Assembly: GCA_963790475.1 (NCBI GenBank) | Contig: CAWBOS010000012.1 | Coordinates: 1,472,001 to 1,536,000 of the forward strand | Direction of reading: 5' to 3' | From: an uncultured delta proteobacterium | Lineage (GTDB): Bacteria; Desulfobacterota; RBG-13-43-22 | Length of the DNA stretch: 64,000 nt | Part shown: in pieces, positions 54,081 through 62,931 of the stretch | How positions within the stretch are numbered: position 1 is the stretch's first letter | Layout: each line of letters starts with the position of its first letter | The notes under the pieces: generated by a model | What the model was told of the DNA's origin: nothing | Database searches by the model: none | The model's input: only the letters and a program-made list of their open reading frames with translations | Translations under genes and position numbers: made by a program

Positions 54081-54282
54081 GCGGAACATAGGGCCAGGTC
54101 TTGAAATATAAGTTTTATGGTTAGGATTTTCCTACCGAAGTATTTTCTTAAAAAGATTGTGGTTTGTAGGAGAATTCTTTATACTAAAGCTAAAACGGTG
54201 ATAGTAGCGATAGGGGTAAAGGAAAGTGATTTTTCACGACCCCATTTCCTTGAATGACTTTGAGATATTGGAGGAACGATTT

Positions 54283-54504
54283 ATGAAGAAGCAAATTACA
54301 GCGCTTATTGAACGTGAAGGGGATGGTTTTGTATCGCTTTGCCCGGAACTCGATATCGCCAGTCAGGGCGATACAATCGAAGAAGCCCGTGAAAACCTAC
54401 GTGAAGCTCTTGAGCTTTTCTTTGAGACCGCTTCCCCCCAGGAGATTCAATCACGCTTTCATGAGGAAGTGTATGTAACGAGGCTGGAGGTTGCAGTTGC
54501 CTAA
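54283..54504 (+). CDS. HicB-family antitoxin
   Basis: CPELDIASQGDTIEEARENLREALELF. Confidence 0.88.
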   Translation: MKKQITALIEREGDGFVSLCPELDIASQGDTIEEARENLREALELFFETASPQEIQSRFHEEVYVTRLEVAVA

Positions 54505-54718
54505 ACTCCGTGTTCTATCTGGGAATCAAGTTTGTGAGATCCTATTACGCCATGGATTCCTTGAGGTGCGGCGCCATGGCAGCCATATCGTAATGCAGAA
54601 GCGATTGCCGGATACAACGATTACCGTACCTGTCCCAAATCATACAGATCTGCGGATTGGTACACTTCAATCCATCATCCGCCAGTCTGGTATATCTAGA
54701 ACCGAATTTGAATCCTGA
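54497..54718 (+). CDS. HicA-family toxin
   Basis: GF..VRRHGSH..VPVPNH..GTLQSIIRQSG. Confidence 0.9.
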   Translation: MPKLRVLSGNQVCEILLRHGFLEVRRHGSHIVMQKRLPDTTITVPVPNHTDLRIGTLQSIIRQSGISRTEFES

Positions 54719-54724
54719 GCGATC

Positions 54725-54788
54725 GCCCAACAAGTCGTTCCCCCGAATCGCCTAAATAACAGTCTTCCCGGTGAACTCACCGTTGATC
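54725..54788 (+). repeat. attC-like site after hicA
   Basis: GCCCAAC..GTTC...GAAC..GTTGATC. Confidence 0.55.
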
Positions 54789-54830
54789 AAGGAAAAGCCA
54801 AGGAGATGGTAGGTGAAAAATAACACGTTA

Positions 54831-56239
54831 GAGAACCTTTTGCAAAACTTATAAAAACTGCATGATGAAATATATCAGCAGGCGGTTATCCCAGTCGATT
54901 TAGGAATTTTGGGTCTTTCTTAACGACGATAGTCAGATTTGAGACTTTGGTAACAATTTTCAGGCATAGTTCTCCTCCTGACCTGAACTTTTCACCCCGT
55001 TCTTTGAAAATTTACTCAGGAAGCCAACTTTATCAACTGATCCGCAAAGAGCGCCAGGACGCCAAACATGAGATGGAGATTGACTTTCAAGGCTCCTCGG
55101 ACCATGACATTCTTGGCACCGAACTCTTCTTTTAACCGGCTATTGAACCGTTCTGATGCTGTCCTTCCATTAAATCTTCTGGCCTCGTGGGGAGCCATAG
55201 GGATCACATCCTTACCGCGGAAGTTCTTGTCGATAATGGGCACATGTCCCAGAGCTCTGCTGATTGCATAGATAGATCCAGCGTCATAAGCGGCATCCAT
55301 CAAATCATAAAGATAATCCACCTTGGAACTAGTCATCTTCATTAACGGTATAGCGACCTGGCTGTCATGAAGCGATGCTGCGGTCAAGACGACACTCACC
55401 GGCAATCCGCAATCATTAACATCGGCATGGAGTTTATACCCGACCCAGGTCTCTTTGTACCCTTTGGAGTTCTTCTTGGTCCCTACGTCGCAGTAAACCG
55501 GCAATTCTTTTAAGGCCTCTTCAACTGATTGCTCTCGTTGCCTGGTCAAGCGTTTGTCTTCCTTGGAATCACGGAGTTCTCCCTTGACTGGACGTCCTCT
55601 CTTCTTCGGCGCAGGCTTTTCTTTTACAGGCTTCTTAGTCGGCTTTTCCCGACCTTCTATGGCCGTTGCGTCTCGGGATATATGACCAACCAGTTCCGGC
55701 TTTAAACAACGTTCCACCAGGGCTTCGTGAACTTTTTCGCCAAGCCCCCCTTCGGCAAACTCCGCAAAGGCCCTGGAAAAAGTGGCCTCAGAGGGAATGT
55801 CGGATACCTTTTCGAACCCGCAGATGCGTCTTACATTAGACGTCGTTTTCAAATGTTCAATGGTTGATCTGGTGAAGGAATGGTTATAGACCGTCTTGGC
55901 CACAAAAGCCCGCGCTATCGCTTGGCGCTCAAGGATCTTCCTCCCCATCCACTGATTTAAAGAACTCCGGGGAACATATCTTTCAACCTCAACCAGTTCC
56001 AATATCGTCACCAGCCGTTCCTCTTTTTCAGTCAAAGGCTGTTCCCAACATTCTTCTAAATCGGAAAATAAACCTTGTTGCAATCTACCCCTTAACCATG
56101 ATACTTTTTTCCAGAGCTTCATCGGTGTCTCCTGTGTTTTTTTGTGTTCTTTCTAAACATCATCTTAACACAGAACCACCGCTGAGGCTCACTCTTTATG
56201 CTTGTCTATTCCCTAAAAATAGACTTTTGCAAGAGGCTC
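54831..56239 (-). mobile_element. IS5/IS1182-like insertion sequence
   Basis: IRs gagaaccttttgcaaaa / revcomp gagcctcttgcaaaa; TA on both flanks. Confidence 0.78.
55016..56122 (-). CDS. DDE transposase (IS5/IS1182-like)
   Basis: PSEATFSRAF, ISRDATAI, GYKLH, DAAYD, ERFNSRLK motifs. Confidence 0.9.
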   Translation of the reverse strand: MKLWKKVSWLRGRLQQGLFSDLEECWEQPLTEKEERLVTILELVEVERYVPRSSLNQWMGRKILERQAIARAFVAKTVYNHSFTRSTIEHLKTTSNVRRICGFEKVSDIPSEATFSRAFAEFAEGGLGEKVHEALVERCLKPELVGHISRDATAIEGREKPTKKPVKEKPAPKKRGRPVKGELRDSKEDKRLTRQREQSVEEALKELPVYCDVGTKKNSKGYKETWVGYKLHADVNDCGLPVSVVLTAASLHDSQVAIPLMKMTSSKVDYLYDLMDAAYDAGSIYAISRALGHVPIIDKNFRGKDVIPMAPHEARRFNGRTASERFNSRLKEEFGAKNVMVRGALKVNLHLMFGVLALFADQLIKLAS

Positions 56240-56322
56240 TAGAGAAAGTGGATATTGGAATCAGGTTTCGTTTCGAAGCACCCGGACCTGATACTGCAAA
56301 AAAATCAAATAGAAAGAATTCA

Positions 56323-56793
56323 ATGAAACAACGGATACTAATCAGATCGGCTATCCTCTTCCTCTTTTTGATAGGCCTCTTCCTGCAGACGCAGGCCTAT
56401 GCCGAATCCTGTGAAAAGGTCGTCCATGCAGTCAATATGCGGCTCTCGACCGGAATCGACGAGCGGGAATTGATCGAAATAATCCACAATCTGAACAGGA
56501 CGAGCAACAAAAGGCTTCCTTCTAAGTTCGTGAACAAGCGGGAGGCCTGGTCAGAGGGATGGAAACCTGGAAGGGACTTGTGGTCAGTCAGATCACTTAG
56601 AGGCTCGAGCATGGGGGGCGACTATTTCAAAAACCTGGAGGGTCGGTTGCCTGACAATAAATGGCGCGAGGCGGATCTCGACTATAAGGGCGGACACCGG
56701 GGCGGCAAACGCCTTATCTTTTCAGGCGATGGGGAGCGATTTGTGACCGTAGACCACTACAAGACCTTTACGGAGGTGCCGGCATGCCGGTGA
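56323..56793 (+). CDS. Secreted barnase/RNase Sa-like ribonuclease
   Basis: Signal peptide (AYA|E), GGDYFKNLEGRLP, WREADLDY, RGGKRLIFS, TVDHYKTF. Confidence 0.9.
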   Translation: MKQRILIRSAILFLFLIGLFLQTQAYAESCEKVVHAVNMRLSTGIDERELIEIIHNLNRTSNKRLPSKFVNKREAWSEGWKPGRDLWSVRSLRGSSMGGDYFKNLEGRLPDNKWREADLDYKGGHRGGKRLIFSGDGERFVTVDHYKTFTEVPACR

Positions 56794-57062
56794 AACGATT
56801 CCAATTAAATGGGAGCACAATACGTTCTCTCGATGATCTCTATGATCGGATGTCATCCCTCATCGATCTGCCGGAGCACTTCGGGCGCAATCTCGATGCG
56901 CTCTGGGACGTCCTTTCCACTGATGTCGAAGGTCCTTTCGAGATCGTCTGGAAGAATGCGGATAATTCAAAGAAGTTTATGGGCAAGGATTTTGATCGGA
57001 CCGTGAAGATGCTGCGGGAGCTGGAAAAAGAACGGGATGACTTCAAATTGATGATCGATTAA
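56784..57062 (+). CDS. Barstar-family inhibitor
   Basis: LPEHFGRNLDALWDVL; overlaps the RNase stop. Confidence 0.92.
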   Translation: MPVKRFQLNGSTIRSLDDLYDRMSSLIDLPEHFGRNLDALWDVLSTDVEGPFEIVWKNADNSKKFMGKDFDRTVKMLRELEKERDDFKLMID

Positions 57063-57290
57063 TAAGATAGCCCACAACACATTAAACCTATGGGGGCCAT
57101 GCAGGAAAAAAGAAAAGGTCAAATACTTTTTTGCCACAGACCCACACGGGCAAAAGCCGGACAAAAGCCTATCTCTCACAGAGCTCTCAGAGACTCAGAG
57201 CAACCTAATTTATTGATTGCCGGTGAGGGGCCGGCAATCAATAACATTCACTACCCTGGGGGTAATTTTTTGGGCGGAGACCAGAGTTGG

Positions 57291-57362
57291 GGCATTTGCG
57301 GCCTCATGCCGGCCCTCACTCAATTCCTGCGGCAGAACATGGTCCACATACTCCCTTTCTAC
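57291..57362 (-). pseudogene. Diverged duplicate of the enoyl-CoA hydratase 3' region
   Basis: VEREYVDHVLPQELSEGRHEAANA vs VEREYVDYVLPQELSEDRQEAANA at 61909-61980. Confidence 0.85.
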
Positions 57363-57386
57363 CCCTGAATCTTTAAATAGCCCCTG

Positions 57387-60300
57387 TTATCTGGTCTTAA
57401 ATAAAGACAATTGGGACGTGATTGCTTTTTCCTTGTCCACCTTTTTCTGCAGGCGGGCCGCCTCCCGAAGGTTACCCCGCTTTTTCCAGATTCCCAGGGC
57501 TTCTTCCAAACGATTCATCCGCTCATAGACCCGGGCCTCCCCCGCTTCGTCTCCGATAGCCTTAAAGCAGCGGAGGGCCTCTTCGTTATGACCGCCATCA
57601 CGGTAGGTCCGACCTGCTTCCGAATAAAATTTCGTTTCTTCAAGAATATGGCCAGCCAATTGTAAATTACGGTGCCGCCGGGCCAGGTGAACGGCCTCTT
57701 CGGTTTTCCGTTCCCCCAAGAGAAATTCCACGGCCTGCCGGTAATGCCTCGGGCTTTCGCCGAAGAGCCTGTAATTCCAGCCGGTCATCTCAATGCGGTC
57801 CAGACTGGTTTCAAAAGCGTCTTTGTCCTGATAGAACTGATAGCAAGCCAGGAGAGCCGGGTCTTTTTCCCGGGCGGCCAGCCGTTTCAATTCGGCGATG
57901 AATTTTTTCAAATTCTGGGAAATGGATTTGGCAAAGAGCGTTCCTTCCCGGACCGCTTCAAAAATTCCGTTGTAATTCCGGGTTTGGAGCAGAAAGTTCA
58001 AAACGGGACCAGGCAAACTGGACCCCCAGAAGGGGAGGGAGGAGATAAACTGTTCCACACCGGGCCGCCATTCCTCTTTATTTCCCTTTTCCAGGAGCCG
58101 GGTCAGAAGCTCGGCAATAAATACCTGGGCCTCCGTCCGAAGCCGATAGTGGTTATCTGTTTCCAAATATTTATGCAGAAGGGCCTGCAAAAAGGGAAGC
58201 GTGATTTTCGGGCCGGCGGCTTCCTTCACATATCTCCCGGCCTCCTCCAGGCGGTTGCCCCTCAGAAAATAATCCAAGGCCTCCTCGTCCCGGCCGGTTT
58301 TCCGGTAAGCCTCCCGAACCAGGTCCGGGGCATTGACGGCCTTGAATCGGACCAGTGCCCGGTCCGGGGAGCCTTCCTTTAAAAACTGTTCCCCCTCCTG
58401 GAGGAGTTTCAGTTCCTTTCGCGTCTCCTGCCGGCCTTCACCGAGATGGAAGGAAAGAAATTCGGCGGCCTGCTCCCATTTATCCGGAAGCTGACTTTGC
58501 TCGATTTCCAAAGCGGCCTGATAATAATCCCCCAGGTTATAAAAACAATCGGCAGCGCTTTCGTGATTTCCCAGGGCTTGGTATTGGGGTGCGGCCAAGT
58601 TATAAAAGCGTTTTTTGAAGAAGAAAGCGGCCGATTCCTCATATTGCCCCAGTGCAAACGAACGAACGGCCGCTTTCAGCAGGTTGTTTTTGAGCACTGC
58701 CTGGCTTTTTTCTTTTTCCATGAGGGCGGCCTGCTCCTTGCCGGTTCGGGCGAACCGGGTGAAGGCTTCCATGGCCGCGGCCAGGTCCCCGTTCTTTTCA
58801 TGCAGAAGGGCGGTCTGGTAATCGTCCCCCCCTTTGACGTAGCACTCCAGCAGTCGGGCCTGGTTTTTCAACCTTTTGTACATGGCGGCGGCCTCGGCCC
58901 AGTTGCCGGCCTGGTAAAATAGGTCCGCGGCCCGATCGAGCTTTTTCAACTTTTTAAAGAGGACCGCGGCCTGCCGGTACAATCTCCCGGCCGCGAAGGC
59001 CTCGGCCGCCTCCGGGTACTTCTTGTTGGCGGCCAGGTATTCGCCCAGGCGTTGGTGATTCCCGGCCTTCCGCCAATTCTCCAGGGCCTTGGTGATCTCC
59101 TTCCTTCTGAGCCATTCCTCTGCAGCCCGGTCAAACTCGCCCTGCTGCTCGTAAAGGAAGATCCGGCATAGGGCTGCGCGCTCGTGGTCTTTCAATTTTT
59201 CCCATATGTCCATGGCCAGCTCCCATGAACCGGAACGCTCATAACAGGCGCCGGCCTGGGGCCAATAACTGTGCTTCTCAAACAGCGGGGCGGCTTCCCG
59301 GAATTGTTTGCGCTGCTCCCAAACAAAGGCCTGGGCGATTTCCGCCCGATCGAGGCTGCCGGCGTTTTTGTAACATTCCAGGGCCGCCGGGTAATATTCA
59401 CGCTCCAGGAAATAATCTCCCTGATCGGCCCATTCCTCCGGTGAGGAGACCCGGTGCCAGAGCCGGGGCAGCGCTTCGGAATCGGATGTTGAAAACAAGA
59501 ATTCGACGAGCTCGGTCAAGTTCCAGATCTCCGCGCCCGGATCGTAAATGATGAGGGTGTTCCGGGCCCGGGTAATGGCCACGTACAGCAGGTTGATCTC
59601 GTGGCGCAGGTGCGGTTGGCCGCTGCGCTCAAGTTCCCTTCCGTTGAGGATACGCCGCCAGAGCGGGGCCGATTTTGGATCGGCGGAAAATTTCCAGACC
59701 AGAACCGTATCGAATTCCAGCCCCTTGGCCTCCTGGATGGTGAAAATCAATTCCGTTCCCAGGACCTGTTTCAGCCGGGTCTGCTCTTCCCGGTCCCGGA
59801 CCAGAATGACCTGCCCGGCGGCCCGCAGCCGCAGTTGGGAGAGGATTTTTCCCTCTTCCATGTCGGTCAGCAGAAAGGGGGGCTTCCCGTTGAATTTCCA
59901 TTCCTCCCTGATTTCCGAGCCGGCCAGCCCGATCAAACGCTGTTTGAGGTCCAGCAAGGCGTTGGCCAGCTTGACCACGTTGCCCACACAGCGAAAGTTG
60001 ATCCGCAGGGAGTGTACCCGGGGCACCTGGATCCCGCGTTCGAAAAATTTGTTCCGCACCTCCTCCCAGCGAAAGCCGCTGGGATTGATGATCTGCTTGG
60101 TATCGCCAGCGAGGACCACGTTCTCCGGAGAACCGGCCAGCCGGAAGATCAGGGACAGTTGCACGTCGGCGAAGTCCTGGACTTCGTCACAGACTACCAG
60201 ATTATAAGAAGTCTGGGGGTCGGCCCCCCGGCCCAGCCGGTCCAGGACCCGGCGGCAGAGGTCGATCTCATCCCACAGCCCCTGTTCCTCCAGTTTCCCC

Positions 60301-61619
60301 TGGTAATATTCTGCAATATCGTAAAGCTCCCTTCGTTCATAGAGAAAATTGGGTGCCCGTTTGCGCCCCAACTGCACATATTCCGGGTAGGTGAGGAGTG
60401 GGCCGGCCAGGGTTCTGGATTTTTTTTCCAGAATTCGAAAAATCTCCAGGAGGGCCTGTCCCTGTTCCTTCCGCCAGCGGCTTTCATCGGTGGTCAGACT
60501 GCGGGCCAGCCCTTCCAGGCCGGCGAACCCGGTTTTGCTTTGTAGAAAAACCTGAATCCTTGGTGCGGTCTCCAGGTTGACTAATCCGAGGAGACCTTCC
60601 TTTAATTCCAATACCCGGTCCCGAGACTGGGGTCCCTGAAGATAAGCCAGGGAAAGGCTTTTCCACCGTTCCAGCCGGAACACCGGTTTGGCCCCTTTGA
60701 TAATGGACCGGATTTCTTCCCAGACCAATTCGGCATCGTACCGGGAGTATAACCGGTGATTCCGGAAGAGGGCTTCGAATTCCCGCAGCCGGACTTCCCT
60801 GTCCGGGTTGAACGCCCCGACCGCAGGGCCGAGCAGGTCACGAAGCAGGTCCCGGAAGACGTAAAAGTCCGGTAGTGAGACGGCGTCTTCCAAGCCGGTC
60901 TGGGCCGTCAGCCCGGCATAGAGGCGCCGGCTGAAATCCCTCAGGAAAGGGTTATAGGTCAAAAACAATTTCCGTTGGCCGGCAAATTCAGGCTTGAGCA
61001 GATAATATACGGCCAGGGTGGTCTTGCCGCTGCCGGCGGTGCCCGAAATAAGGACCGGCGGGGAGGTTTCCAGGACCCGGGCCTGCTCTTCGGTCAAATA
61101 AAGAAACAACTCCACCTCATCCGGTTTCCCGGCCTCCCGGAGCCGCTCCCATTCGTCATTGTTCAGTACCAGCCACCGCTGGGGTCCGTAATCGTCCGGC
61201 ACCTGCGCTTCGATGGCCTCCTGGCTGTAGACCGCCGAGGGCAATTCGTCCAGGATGACTTCCGGGAAATCTTCTTCGCTTTCCGGGGCAAAATCCAGGA
61301 AGGGGGCGTTTTCCGGCAGGACCCGTCGGGCCTTCCGGCTGACTTCGTCGTGGCCGATCAGCCCCCAGATATAGACCGCCGTCTGGGAACCCCTCTTCCC
61401 CAAGGTGAAAAGCATCCGGTTCGAGCGGGAAAAACGGGCCTCAAAAACGACTCTCCTCGAGCTGCCATTCAGCTTTTTGACCCGCAGCCCTGCGTCCCAC
61501 AATCCGGCCCGCAGGAACTCCAGTTTTTCCGAAAGCCTTTCCTTTTCCTTGGCGCCCATCAACGGTAGGGCCTTCTTAAGACATTCGTTGAGCAGCAGGA
61601 TATATTTTTGTCCGGACAT
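57387..61619 (-). CDS. RelE-like N-terminal domain + SF1 (UvrD-like) helicase + long TPR/alpha-solenoid repeat region
   Basis: GTAGSGKTT, CDEVQD, AGDTKQ, NFRC, TIQEAKGLEFD, LYVAITRAR; repeats of the type AxECYExAGxxxxA; start taken at MSGQKY after a GAGG RBS. Confidence 0.88.
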   Translation of the reverse strand: MSGQKYILLLNECLKKALPLMGAKEKERLSEKLEFLRAGLWDAGLRVKKLNGSSRRVVFEARFSRSNRMLFTLGKRGSQTAVYIWGLIGHDEVSRKARRVLPENAPFLDFAPESEEDFPEVILDELPSAVYSQEAIEAQVPDDYGPQRWLVLNNDEWERLREAGKPDEVELFLYLTEEQARVLETSPPVLISGTAGSGKTTLAVYYLLKPEFAGQRKLFLTYNPFLRDFSRRLYAGLTAQTGLEDAVSLPDFYVFRDLLRDLLGPAVGAFNPDREVRLREFEALFRNHRLYSRYDAELVWEEIRSIIKGAKPVFRLERWKSLSLAYLQGPQSRDRVLELKEGLLGLVNLETAPRIQVFLQSKTGFAGLEGLARSLTTDESRWRKEQGQALLEIFRILEKKSRTLAGPLLTYPEYVQLGRKRAPNFLYERRELYDIAEYYQGKLEEQGLWDEIDLCRRVLDRLGRGADPQTSYNLVVCDEVQDFADVQLSLIFRLAGSPENVVLAGDTKQIINPSGFRWEEVRNKFFERGIQVPRVHSLRINFRCVGNVVKLANALLDLKQRLIGLAGSEIREEWKFNGKPPFLLTDMEEGKILSQLRLRAAGQVILVRDREEQTRLKQVLGTELIFTIQEAKGLEFDTVLVWKFSADPKSAPLWRRILNGRELERSGQPHLRHEINLLYVAITRARNTLIIYDPGAEIWNLTELVEFLFSTSDSEALPRLWHRVSSPEEWADQGDYFLEREYYPAALECYKNAGSLDRAEIAQAFVWEQRKQFREAAPLFEKHSYWPQAGACYERSGSWELAMDIWEKLKDHERAALCRIFLYEQQGEFDRAAEEWLRRKEITKALENWRKAGNHQRLGEYLAANKKYPEAAEAFAAGRLYRQAAVLFKKLKKLDRAADLFYQAGNWAEAAAMYKRLKNQARLLECYVKGGDDYQTALLHEKNGDLAAAMEAFTRFARTGKEQAALMEKEKSQAVLKNNLLKAAVRSFALGQYEESAAFFFKKRFYNLAAPQYQALGNHESAADCFYNLGDYYQAALEIEQSQLPDKWEQAAEFLSFHLGEGRQETRKELKLLQEGEQFLKEGSPDRALVRFKAVNAPDLVREAYRKTGRDEEALDYFLRGNRLEEAGRYVKEAAGPKITLPFLQALLHKYLETDNHYRLRTEAQVFIAELLTRLLEKGNKEEWRPGVEQFISSLPFWGSSLPGPVLNFLLQTRNYNGIFEAVREGTLFAKSISQNLKKFIAELKRLAAREKDPALLACYQFYQDKDAFETSLDRIEMTGWNYRLFGESPRHYRQAVEFLLGERKTEEAVHLARRHRNLQLAGHILEETKFYSEAGRTYRDGGHNEEALRCFKAIGDEAGEARVYERMNRLEEALGIWKKRGNLREAARLQKKVDKEKAITSQLSLFKTR

Positions 61620-61869
61620 CACCGGTTCCTCATTAAAAGTGCGAACGCATAAAGATCTTAAAGACCGGGCTCTCACAAGAGCCGATGTAAATGGGCAATT
61701 TTAATTTTTCCATCGCGGAGAGGCAAAGGGCCCAAAGAAGAAATATTTTTTATTGATTGTCTCGCCGTTGGCGGGATTCAATCCACCTCTTATGGGATTG
61801 AACGAAAATAATTCTTCTGCGATCTTTGCGGCTTGGAGGTGAACAAAAACTTTTTCTTCAAGCACCTTT

Positions 61870-62640
61870 TTATTTCCCCTTGAAATGCGGTTCTCTTTTT
61901 TCGACAAAGGCATTTGCGGCCTCCTGCCGATCCTCGCTCAGTTCCTGGGGCAAAACATAGTCCACATATTCTCTTTCCACTTTTCGTCCGGATCGTTCCG
62001 TCTGGGTGTAATATCCGTATTTCACCGACCTGATAAACAGCGGTGGAACCATCTTCAACAGTTCGGCCCATTTTTCAGCTTCTTTTATCAGCCCATCATC
62101 AGACACAACGTCATTGACCAGGCCGAATCCCATGGCTCGCTGAGCACTCATCAAGCGTCCGCCTTTCCAGGAGAGGAGCATGAATTCCAGGGCGATCTTG
62201 AAAGGCATATAGGGGGCATATTGAGGCGGGATCTGGGCCACACCGGCCCTGCTTTCCGGATAGCCGAAAAGGGCATTTTCGGAGGCAATGGTGATGTCAC
62301 AACCCGTCACGGCAATGATGTACCCCAGTCCGAGAGCGTAGCCGCGGACGGCCCCGACAATCGGCTTGAAAAGGTCCGTGCCGTTCAAGGGGTAGGCCTC
62401 GTGGTATTCCCAGGGTTTTCCCATTTTTCGATCTTCATCGGTCAGGTCGACGCCCACGGAGAAGGACTTGCCATTAGCGCTCAAGATGGCGACTTGGGCC
62501 TCCGAATCTTTCTCAAAGCGCTTCCAGGCGTCCCGCAGGGAGAAACTCATTTCCAGATTGAAGGCGTTCAATTTTTCCGGCCGATTCAGGGTGATGTAGG
62601 CTATGTTGTTCTTCACTTCGTACAAAACCGTATCAGACAT
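61870..62640 (-). CDS. Enoyl-CoA hydratase/isomerase family protein
   Basis: ITLNRPEKLNA, FSVGVDL, KPIVGAVRGYALG motifs. Confidence 0.92.
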   Translation of the reverse strand: MSDTVLYEVKNNIAYITLNRPEKLNAFNLEMSFSLRDAWKRFEKDSEAQVAILSANGKSFSVGVDLTDEDRKMGKPWEYHEAYPLNGTDLFKPIVGAVRGYALGLGYIIAVTGCDITIASENALFGYPESRAGVAQIPPQYAPYMPFKIALEFMLLSWKGGRLMSAQRAMGFGLVNDVVSDDGLIKEAEKWAELLKMVPPLFIRSVKYGYYTQTERSGRKVEREYVDYVLPQELSEDRQEAANAFVEKREPHFKGK

Positions 62641-62692
62641 GTTGGTGACCTCCTTTATTCGTAGCACTTTAAGTGTTTGAAAAAGAGTTTTT

Positions 62693-62882
62693 ATTCACCG
62701 CAAAGCCGCAAAGAACGCAAAGAGTTTTTTTTGAACAATCCCGTGAAAGGAGGGATTGTTCAAACCGGCTCTGGCCTCCGGCCAAATCATTGCCTGAGGG
62801 CAGGGAAGCTTCTCTATTGCAGGCCGCTCACCTGCAATAGAGGAATGTTTTTCTTTGCGCCCTCTGTGTCTCTGCGGTGAAA
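62693..62882. repeat. MITE-like element with 9-nt-period inverted arms (related copies at 57133-57250 and 61710-61842)
   Basis: ttcaccgcaaagccgcaaagaacgcaaag...ctttgcg..tctctgcggtgaa. Confidence 0.6.
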
Positions 62883-62931
62883 GCAGGTGTTTCAAAAAGC
62901 TAATTTAATACAAAAATTCAAGTAGGACTGG

